Below are positions 13,954-25,400 of a stretch of 64,000 bases of DNA, in pieces; position 1 is the stretch's first letter; the number at the start of each line of letters is the position of its first letter. The DNA lies in assembly GCA_964658305.1 (NCBI GenBank), contig OZ210884.1:744001-808000 (forward strand), written 5' to 3'. Position numbers and translations under genes: made by a program. The notes beneath the pieces are model-generated. The model was not told the DNA's origin and ran no database searches. It saw only the letters and a list, made by a program, of their open reading frames with translations. Source of the DNA: Leptogorgia sarmentosa (taxonomy: Eukaryota).

Positions 13954-14158
13954 AGCCCCTGTTACACGATGCAATTTTTCTTGCAACTTGCATCGCAATT
14001 CTACTGTCAAGAGATGTGAAATTGGCAAGTACGAGTCTTCATTAGATTTTCCTAATGAATTCTTTACAAATCAAACAGTCTTCACTAATTTACATGTCTC
14101 AAAAGCAGAATTGCGTTGCAAGTTGCAAGAAAGATTGCATCGTATAGCTCAGTGGCCT
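13954..14158. mobile_element. Harbinger-like MITE (copy 1; near-identical to 23560-23759)
   Basis: TIR-bearing ~200-bp element ctgttacacgatgcaatttttcttgcaacttgc...gcaagttgcaagaaagattgcatcgt, flanked by TAA-like sites. Confidence 0.85.
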
Positions 14159-14174
14159 TAACCCAAAAGTGATT

Positions 14175-16175
14175 ACAAACTGATGTAATTTATATGGACA
14201 TGTCAAAAGCATTTGATAAAGTCAATGAATTATGAATCATCGAGTCCTACTTGAAAAGTTAAGAAACGATTTCGGCATCTCGGGTAATCTTCTGCAATGG
14301 TTCCAGACTTCCAATCGTACTTGTCCGATCGCAAACAGCGCGTAACTGTCTTAGGAGCAACATCAACTGTATATACTGGGCCCCATACTGTTTCTACTTT
14401 ACGTGAACGATCTGCCGGGTGTGACTCACTTTTCCAAGATAGCCTCCTTCGCTGACGACACGAAAATTTTCAAACAAATTGATTCTATTACAGACGCATT
14501 ATCATTACAGAATGATCTAACTAGTTTGCAGACCTGGTCAACATCTTGTGGCCTTGTGTTCAACCAAGGAAAATGTAAGTGTCAATACTTAACTCAGCTC
14601 GAAAAGTGAATCTTATTCAGTTTGAATATCAAATCAACAACAAATCTTTGGCAGTTATACCAAAGGAAAAAGGCGTATGGATTACAAACACTTTAACCTG
14701 GTCGGAACATGCCCATGAGCGATGTGTAAAAGCAAACAAAATGCTTGGTTTTTTGCGCTGATCATCCATGGAAGTCAACAACATAAACTAAAAAAAATTA
14801 CTAAAGATACGTACGTAGAACTTTGTATCTGGCTATCGTACGATCAGGTTTGGGCTACGCTACACAAGTTTGGTCTCCACAGTCAATCGAATTCATTAAA
14901 AAGCGTATCCAACGTCGAGCAACTAAACTCGTTCTAAAGCTGCCATTTAAATGTAATGACACATACGAAGACAGGCTGAGATCGTTAGACCTATTACCAA
15001 TCTCTTATTGGCCTGGCCATGAATATCTTGATCTTATGTTTTTCTTCAAGGCAATCAACAACTTCATAACTGTTTCCAACGATGTCCTACCTGCACCTAT
15101 ATAGTTCCATTAAGGACTACCAGATCCACTTTCGACTCCAATCGGTGGTCTCTTTCGGTCCTCGTAAATGTAAGACCGTTACATTCCAACACTCATATTT
15201 CAGCAGAGTAACTAGAATATGGAACTCACTGCCCCAAAAACAACGATTGCGAAACGTAACCATAAATGAATTTAAGAAGTTGCTTCTAAGTTATTACAAA
15301 AACGCTCTTCAACTGTGTTACGATGTAAACGACGCAAGAACATGGAAGACTATATGTCTAAAATAGTAAAATGTAACAATTCGCGGCCACTTACCAACAT
15401 TTTACGTGCTGTTGACAGATTTACTGTATATATACATTGTATTTAACTGTTCTGGACTTGTGGTATCCCGGCCGGCGACTACTAAAACGAGATACAGCGA
15501 TACAGCAATACAGCGATACAACGGAGCCGGAGCCGGAGCCGGAGCATGGGCGTACGGGCCCTATCTTGTTTGGGGGGGCACATTATTGTTTGCCCGACAG
15601 GACCTGTGAAACGACATTTGAAATGGGGGGGGGGAGGCTGACAGATAAGGGGGGGAAGCTCACGAGGCGCCACCATGGTTGGCGCCGAGCGAGGAAATTT
15701 TAAAAATTTTTGGTCTCTAGATCGTCAGAAATGGCATTTTCAAGGCGTCATATTATACCTCTTTCGTTATGTAATACATATTCGATCTGAAATACTTGAG
15801 CTTTGGAATTAGAATACTTCATATAGGATGTTTTAGAGGATAATGATTTTCATCGTATTGTTGATGTTATATTGTCTAATAAAGTTAATATTCTATCAAC
15901 TATGATGGAGTTATGTTTGCCCGAACGATTCGAGCTCAATTGCCCGACCGTGAACGGTTTGGGGGGGCACAGCCCCCCCCCCCCCCGTGCCCCCCCGGCC
16001 CGTACGCCCATGAGCCGGAGCCGGAGCTGGAGCCGGAGCCATTCATAATTTTTGTCAATTATTATTTTAAACATTTAGCCGTTCAAGGGGGTGGCGAACC
16101 AATATTATTGGTTAACTCTGCGCATAGGCTAACTGTTATTTGTAATAGGCGAAGTTAAATAAATAAATAAATAAA
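14175..16175 (+). mobile_element. 5'-truncated, decayed CR1-like LINE (RT C-terminal half, 3' UTR, (AAAT)n tail)
   Basis: QTDVIYMDMSKAFDKV, SYLSDRKQRVTV, LGPILFLLYVNDLP, FADDTKIF, KANKMLGFL, YATQVWSP, IQRRATK and SYFSRVTRIWNSLP occur across shifted frames. The GVPQGS motif is deleted. A TAAA-repeat tail lies at 16156-16175. Confidence 0.88.
15545..16012. mobile_element. Non-autonomous hAT element
   Basis: 16-bp TIR catgggcgtacgggcc / ggcccgtacgcccatg. 8-bp TSD agccggag at 15537-15544 and 16013-16020, inside a (GGAGCC)n run. Confidence 0.88.
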
Positions 16176-16432
16176 GTGCAATCCATGGGCGCTATCCAGT
16201 GCGTATATTCAGATCAGAATTTCCCACCACTCTTCACGCGCTCGTTTCCAATTTTGATTAAACGTCATGTAAGAACGAGTATAGTTCATTTCGGTTCATA
16301 TTTCGATGTGATGTTGCGGAGCGCGAAGCACATGGTGTAAACTGATTAAAACAAAATAAAATGTTTATGTTTTGATGCTAAAAAGTTCTCCAGGAAATCG
16401 TTTGTGCAAAAGCATCTTAACCTCATACAAAA

Positions 16433-19400
16433 ATGGACGGTGTTGAACATCTTTATAAAAGTTTTGGTGTGTTGGCGGACGCGAAAGACAAAGCCGGCGA
16501 GGTATCCATAATCGTGCAATGATTTAGTTCTTTAAAAACTTGCTTTTTTCCTGTCCTGTGGTAATGCAGTTAGTCAATCGAAGTTACCTTGAATACAATA
16601 AAAAGTCGTTTATGAAGAAATTGTGAATCGTATACTAAAATTAGCTACTAGATCATATTTCTATCTTCGTATCATTTTATGAGTAACATCCCCCCTCCCC
16701 CACCCCCCGGCAATAGTTTGATTTAGTAAAATCACAAATTTTGGTTGCAAAATAATGTAAAATGTTTTAAACCCTGTGGCTACATGCCCTGCAGCCAGGA
16801 AGCTTCTACAAAATATTGAATGCTGGCAGTCGAGTATTTAGCGGCAGTTGTAACTTGTTACAAAATAAACAGCTCCCAAACTGTGGACCTAACCCATGCT
16901 ATATGCATTGCATGGTGGATATTCAAATTGTAAAATTTGCGCCCAAAAGTAAGCGCCCATCAAAAGTATGTGCCTTTTTCAACACCCTAGAAAATGTGGA
17001 AAGTGGGCGATTTATCAAAGGAGATGCTTTACAAACATTACTCATTAGATTATTAGTGTTGCATATTGGTCCCATGGATTTAATTTACTATTTGGTTACT
17101 TAGCTGATGCTGTTAATAACAGCTTGAAACCAGTGCTACAACTTTTTTCATGTTTTATCGAATTGTTGTAGCGGGTTGTAGGGTTAATTTACATTGTACA
17201 TTTTGAGTTGTAAGTGCATTGCATGCAACAATTGTAAGCAAAAGTTGTACAATGTAAACCAGGCTTGAGTCATTCTACTTTTGTGTTTTATTCTGTCTTC
17301 CTTCGCACAGTGCTTCTTGTCAGTTAAACTTAGGCTGTTGCGATATATCGATATTTTCGATAAATATCGATATTTGAGAAATATCGATATTTGAAAAATA
17401 TCGATATTCGAATTCACAAATATCGAAAATATCGATATACTTTCGAACCTTGATTTTCTGTTTAACTTAAACTGTTGTTGATATTTCATTAATTCCAGTT
17501 CCCTCAAGAGTATCAGAATATTTTGGACAGTTCAAAGGGAAGCAGTGGGGAGAAAAGACTGGGTGCTACATTCATACCGCGTTTTTTTAAGTACTTCCCA
17601 GATTATCATGTAAACGCATTGAACTGTTTACTGGATTTATGTGAAGATGAGGATTCAACCGTGAGTAATTAAATTAAATTTTATCTTTATGTATTAAACA
17701 TCTTGTAGGACCTGGTTATATTTTGTGAAATACCCTTGAGGAAATCTTTAAATCTTTATGTTAGTATAACTGAAACTTCTTAAAAATAAAGCATCAAAAT
17801 ACAGCAAAAGTTCTTGGAAAAACTCAATTTTTGTTGGGTTGAAAAATTTAAACCCAATCAAAATTTGCTGGTTTTTATATACGACAATTTTTTGGTTGTT
17901 TCCCTACGTACATGATACTATAGTAACTTATTTTGTGCAAATTAAACTTACTCCAGATTTTTCCCCCATCAGAAAGAGTTTATCAACCCTTTGAATAGTG
18001 GTGCAGACAGAACCTCCACAAGGTTTTTGCACCCACCATTCTGCATGATATACCCAGCTTCTCACAGGAAGCTTTTTCTTTGTTCATTCTTTGTTGTTCT
18101 AAGGTTCAGTAGCCATCATTTCCTGCCTGTTGGTTACCAGCAGCCCTTGAAATTCAGATTTTTTCACCGCGGCAAAAAACTGCTGTCGTGAATCCGTCAT
18201 TTTCTGTTTCACGACGGCAATAGCAGAATTCACGGCGGCAAATTTTTGAAAGCAGTTGATGTTTAGTTTTAGCTTTTAATTGGGTTAACTTAAATTCCCC
18301 TAAAAGTCATTTAAAGTCAAGAGATAATTACAAGTATACCTTTTAATATGTAATGTTACTTATAAGTTAAACTTAACTAAGAACTTTAAGTTAAAGTAAA
18401 ATTATTCACGTCGGCAAAAAAGTGCCGTCGTGATAGGCTATTTTTGCTATTCACGTCGGCAATTACGTCGGCAATTGCCGAATGCCGCCGCGAATTTCAA
18501 GGGCTGACCAGTGTAAGGAATGTTGTAGTATTTGTGAACGTTTTACGGCAGGTAGATCGACCTTGGGGTGGCAAATTAAAAAAAACTTTGATCTTTTAGG
18601 ATCCTCCCTTGAATGAATTACAGTGATCTGATTACTGAAAGATTGTTTAAGAAGTTCTACAGGGTCCCTATTAATTTTTATGATAATCTTATCAGAATAC
18701 ACTATTATATATCAATAAAATCATCCACTAGTGTATCTTTTTCAATTGTTTGACTACAAAAAATCACCCCGAAGATATTTCCATATTTTTCATAAAATAT
18801 GAAAATCTGTCCCTTTCTGTGTATCTTGTCCCTTGATCTGCTAACCAATCAAACTCAAATGTGGGTTTCCGATCAACTATTAAGTTGAGTTTGTAATTTT
18901 TCAGATTCGAAGATTGGCTATTAAAGCATTGCCATGTCTTTGCTATGACACCAAAGACCATTTAACCAAGATTGCTGATGTCTTAACACAACTGCTGCCA
19001 ACAGGTACTGTGCTCTCTATATCGTTGATCCCCTGAGCTTCCTTGTATTTTTGCTGCCTTACTTACAGCTTCTTTACATATTTTGCATTGTTGATTGTTT
19101 TTTTCCCCATTGAAACTTAACTTGTTTGGTTTGTGATGACAATCTCTCGGCTAATGATTTGGTATCTTTAAAGATAGCCAATATGTTTACAAACCATTAC
19201 ATTGTCTGAAACCAAGGCTTTGTTCAAATTCAATTTAATGTTATCATTTATTCAACATAATTCAAGAGTTTCATTGGTTACGAGCTGTGGGCGAAATTGT
19301 CATATCCCTTCGGCGGTCGCCCAAATTTGGAATTATGACATCACTACTGAATATTGAAATTGAAAACACTTGTGTTACATTATGACGTACGAGTTAGCGA

Positions 19401-22400
19401 GGTTCTACTGTATATGACATTTTGACGTCAAACTAATTTATTCTGCTTAATGTGCGGAAAGCGGGAAAATACAAATTGCTTCCTCAAAGGAAATAATCAG
19501 CTTGTCTGTCCGTGTTTGCAATGCAAAATATACAAATAAATAATTATAAAACAATTCTAAATTTGGTTGTTGTATAGGATATTAGAAATTAGGCTAAACA
19601 TCTGCTTTAATAATTCCTCATATCTGATCTCATTCAATAATTGGTCATTCTATTGAAAACTCAGTCATGATCACCCACTTGAACACGAGGTTTTTGTAGC
19701 ATGTGTTTCTTCAAACCTCACGACCTGCTTCACGTTAAACAAACCGACCAGAATTTTATTACTCCCGTACATTTATACCTTTAGTTTTTGTAATGTATCT
19801 AACCATTTCACTAGTGGCAATTTGCTCACATGATAAAAAATAGGCACGCACAATGTGTGCATGCGTCTACGTTGATGCTACATTTTGAAACTCACTGTAC
19901 GATCACTAATATTGCGATCCGAAAATATAGGGAATTTGACGCAACAAAGTTCCAAATGTTATTCTAAATCTCCCCATCCAGGCTGGATGAGTGAAAATGC
20001 TTTAGAAATCGCTTTACCGAAGCTTTGAAATGAGTCCTTCGAATGAACGTTAGAACAACGCACACTTGCACAGTTTGACAGTGAAACACGCCACAGTAAA
20101 TCACATACGTCACCAGTTAATTTGCTGACAGTTCGATAGATCATCGGTAGAGATAACCACGTTTAAGTGTTAGTGTTTACTTTGAGAGCTCGTGACGTCA
20201 AAATACGTCATATTCGTTGTTGAAACACAGCCAGCCAGAAATTTTACGCTTACATAGCAAAAATTGATTCAGTAGTCTTAGGTTTGTATCGACAAACACA
20301 AATTCAACTGACTTAGAAGAACTAAACGCAAAAGCAAACAACGAAAATACAAACAATGACAAAATTACATTTACATCCACCATAGGATAATTCTCAAAGC
20401 AAAGTGTAATAATAAACTAATATCTAATAAACAAATAATCGAACAATTGTGGAAAAATTTGCAAACGTCACTGTGCTAGAAATCGCCAATTGTACCCGGC
20501 GACTCGTCATCGCATGATTACTTATACTGATTTAGGGCTGCTGCAGGACTAAAATATATATACGTATACGATATTCTTTAGTTTTTTTTTCAGTACGTAC
20601 CATGCCAAACCGTGCATATTTTTTGTTATGTTAATAAACAAGATTGTGAAAATTGTTTTTTCTTAGGCAATGCTTTAGAATTGAGCATTGTACGAAATGC
20701 TTTGAAGGAGGTCATAGAACTGGATCCGAAGGGTAAGAAACACTTTGTACAATGTCAAACCAGAAGCATGGATACTTCGTCGAAAAAGCGGTATTTTCAA
20801 ATGTCTTTCATATAAGATTCGTATATAGACAAACTAAATTGTGCATAAAAATATAGCCAATTTCGAACTGTTCGCTTGCCTTTCGTAGACGCATGTTGGT
20901 AAGTACAGGTGGCTATCATGTTTCCATTTGAATTTTAACTTTTTGGTTTTTTGTGTAGGAGCAATAATCGGTGTCTTTTCCCAGATCAACGCTGGCGATG
21001 ATGACTCCAGAGAACACGCAGTGAATTTTTTAAAGCAAATAGTGCTGGAAATGATTCCAACGGTCTTTGATAGTAATTCTGAAGCCACAGAAGCGCTCAC
21101 TGATGAAATCCATAAGGTTGGTAGTTGAGACATTTCGCGAGAAATGGAGAAAGGGCATAATGCAGTAGTGCTGAACATCATCTGTTATAAGGATTTGAAC
21201 TTTAAATACAGAATTTAAACTACAACTTTCTAAGCAAGTTGGAATCACAGCAAAATGTACTCATTGGACATCCAGATATTCGAACGGATCTTCCAGAGGA
21301 GGTTGTTCATACCGATGACTACCTCCGATACATTCTTCAACGTATTGTTGTTGATCGTTATTTATTAAGAAATTTATGATACAACAATTTTAAATTTTTG
21401 ACTTATTTAATATTTATAGTATTTAATTTCGCGTGTGTAAATTTTATTTGCATGGCTTGATTTTTTTCCAGTCGCGAAATTGAAGTCATCTGAAATTCGA
21501 GTACATTTTTATTTTAACATTTTAGGCTTTGCCGGACGTTACCGGTGACGAGTTCCAAGTTTTTATCAGCCTTTTATCAAAGTTGAAGACGTTTGAATCC
21601 CAACATGATCAGCTGGTTGACTTGATTGCAGAACAAGCTGAGCTTGAAAATGAACCTCAAGTGAGTATACTGGATTTTTTTTATCCTTTTCAGAAAGATC
21701 TTATGTGCGTTCAACATTAAGTACGGACTGTACGGTATGTACTAAAATTTGTTACTCCGATCATAATGAAAAAAGTCTGTTTCCGATGATGGAGAAGCAA
21801 AAACGATGTCTTGCCGTACTGTCTTGACAATCACAATTGAATACGAACAAGGTGGTGTATTTAATGTCGATATGCTCCGCCTCTTCCTTTTTAAATGCCT
21901 CCACGTTTTGAACTTGTAAACTCATGAATTCTCTCTCCACAGCCTGGTGATACTGAAACCTTGGAAAAGTTTATCACGTGTTCACGCAGTGCAATTCCAT
22001 TCTTCCAGGTAAATACTGTACAGTATAGTTATTAGCAGCAAAAAGGCAGAGAATTAGAATGTAAATTCCACTGCCTTCATTTAATGTGTCATCATTTACT
22101 TGTTTGATGTGATTTTACTTTGAGAGTCCGTATGAAATCGGTACCAGCACGAGCTAGAACATTTTGAATCTCTAGATCGTCGGAAAGGGCATTAGCGGTA
22201 TTCCCGCCCCTCTTATAAATTTTTGGAGGAGAACTTAAAGTTTTTAAATTTTTTACTTCGCCCAGAGACAGAAAGTCGGAAATTTAGTTGTACTTTACAT
22301 TTGAATTGTTTCACAATTAATCATTATGATAAAAAATTATTTTCTAATTTGATCGTGCTAGGGGCCGCCAGCTCAAGCGCCCCTGAAATTTTCAATATTT

Positions 22401-25400
22401 TCACAAAAATTTATGCCTGTTTTATGTTATATATCGTAGTTGTTGATATCGTGATAAAAGAGGTTTGAAATTTAACATAAGCCTTTACCACTAGACGAAT
22501 AAGTTTCAACTTTAACTTTTGGCAACTCAGAAACACGAAGACATGATAATTTCTGTTGGAAAATCTTTCTGAATATCGCAACTCGCAATCGGCAAGGCGG
22601 GGCATCTTGAAAAACATTTCAAAGCTAGTGAATACTGAATTCCTGCAAAATGTTTTAGTACATTTACGCACAATCTCATGTCTTTCAGAAAGCCATACAA
22701 ATGTTATGCATGAAAAGAGGGCACTTTCCTTTTAAAAAGGGCACTTTTTCTTATAACTTTAAACTTTGGGGGGAAGGGCACCATGCCCCCGGTTCCCCTA
22801 CCCTCCTACGCCACAGAATGCTATGATCAAAATCGTAAGAAATTTCAGTGTAGCAAACTAGATTTGAGATCTTTACTTTTTACAGAATCATAAGCAATGG
22901 CGTCGATCGAGCTCTCTGTATGTACCCTGTCTGAAATCGTCGGTACCAACAACACGACATTAATGCTTACCAAATCTTGTCCTCACTGTACGTGTCTATT
23001 TTTACTTTAGAAAGGTGCCAGTGCTGAGCAATTTTTAGTTTTCATGGTGGAAAAGATACTTCCTGTCGTAGAAGTTTGCGTTGGTAGTGAAGAAAGCAAC
23101 GAGCTAAAGCTGGACCTGTATAAGATTTTAGCTGAAATGTGTTCACACAAGATTTCTGACGAAGCTTTGCGTTTGTCAGTGGAACCAATATTTACCAAAC
23201 TCCTGGTAAGAATAACGAACTTTCTCATTTTTTCATCTGTGTCGTTAAATGCTGTGCAGTATTTAATAACATTTAATCACCAAACCTGGGACAAGTAATT
23301 GTTCTAGTATAAATTTCTAGGTGAATATTTTGAGTTGTATAATTTTGTCCTATTCGCATTTTACATCATGCATGCATTTTACGTTGTTTACATTATAGCA
23401 TAAATATGAATTTCGCAACCGACAAAGCGAGTACTTTTTTTGGGCAATGTGCAATTACAGATTTATGTGGAACTTCATACCAAGGCTGAATTTTCCGTAT
23501 TTTACAACATTTTGCAACCACGTTTTGCAATATTACTAATTTTGCATGCGGTGCTCTAAAGGCGCTGTTACACAATGCAATTTTTCTTGCAACTTGCATC
23601 GCAATTCTACTGTCAAGGGATGTGAAATTGGCAAGTACGAGTCTTCATCAGATTTTCCTAACAAATTATTTACAAATAAAACAGTCTTCACTAATTTACA
23701 TGTCTTGGAAGCAGAATTACGTTGCAAGTTGCAAGAAAAATTGCATCGTGTAACAGCCTTAACGAGCTGCCGTGATGAATTCTTACCTTGGTCAAATTCC
23801 GTCCGACATGCAAATTGTCCATTGGAGACTAGCGACGATCATCACTTTCACGTGGTAAAAATACCGTGGTATGCCCCTCTTTTGATGTGCCCACGTCATT
23901 TTCCCAACGTCTTAGACGTGACATCGTGTTTACCCAACAACCCGCACGCATGACGAACATTCAGTATTATAATATAATAAGGTTGGCAAATAAATAATAT
24001 TATAAAATAGCCTTTAAAAAACACGGGCGTTGATTGGTCGAAAGCTTAAAAAACCCGTGTTTCTATTTAACAATTAGACAACGAGGCCGAGTTGACTATT
24101 TAACAATTAGATTACGATTACTTGAACCACAAATGAAATGGACGTATGTATTTTTAGCACTACATGCCTCTTCCTGTTGCCAAAGAAGAAAAAGTAGCTG
24201 AAGGGAGCGAGGACTCTTCAGAACCACAAATCGAGTTTTCCTTTGTCGAGTGTCTTATGTATAGTTTCCATCAAGTTGCTCGCAAGGTGCGTAATTAGGC
24301 TGTGTATAGTATACAAATAATGAATGTTTACCAGTGCAATGGCAAGAATATTTTCATGAGATGAGAGATGGAATGTTCTATTCGAGATAAATGTTTTGTT
24401 ATATAGCTAAGTGTCAAAGTTGAACATGGTTTGTCTGTTTAACTGGAGTAATTATATGATCCTTTATTCCGTGTAGGGTGCGGCCAATAGACGATTGTGC
24501 TTATTAGTGATTCGTAGCGCGTTGCATCATGGTTTTAATCACCCGTGCAAAGAGCTCGTAGAAAAACTACGGTCAGATAATGGATCGCCAACAACAACGT
24601 TTTTGTCAAATTGTTCATTATTCTCATTCAATCCTGTTGTCTTGGATATCAGTGATTAAACGAAAACCATAATGCAACGCGCTACGACTTACCAGTAAAG
24701 GGAGTCTTCTCCTCAACTGCCATACTTTAATATTGTCTTTTGTAATATTTTCTTCAGTATCCTGAGTTTCTGACCGCTGCTGAAGCTGCTGATAGGTTAC
24801 GTGATTTTAAATTAAGGTGAGTTTGACTGCATGTGTTTTTCCTATACTGCTAGCCGTATAGTACTTATTTAAAAGTTTACGTCTTCTCACAAATACGGTA
24901 AATCCCCGCCCGATTAATAGAAGTCTTGTTTACTTCCTCGCTCTTGCTTGACAAAGCTCCCTGTGACCTCCCTCTTCTCTGCCAGTACTTCTCCTTCTCT
25001 GCCCCCCCCCCCCCGTCCCCCTAATTCAAACAAGCTTTTAATTACACCCCTCCCTCAACGAAACTCTTAATTACCTTCCCCTTCCCTGTTTAACGAAGTC
25101 CTTACTCCTTAGTTATATGTACCTCACTTTCTCTGCTACCCCCTCCTCCCTTTCCCCCGATTCAAGCAAGCTTTTAGTGTTACTACAACGAATTTTTCGA
25201 CCCCTTTTATACATTCAAATTTAGCCTACGTCGGCTATTTTAATTAGGCTTCACAGTCTTGAATCTTCACTTATCAATGTTCCAGAGTTATTTTACCGTC
25301 GCTTCTTTGTTCAAGAGTAGCTGGCAACAATCCATCTGGATCTTCTGGAACACTATTCGTTTCCCCAGGTTCTGCTATAGGTTCGTCGTCGTACGCAAAG

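Noticed and set aside
23546..23953. 135-aa ORF similar to the ORF at 13940-14161
   Set aside because: The similarity comes from two copies of the same non-coding MITE.
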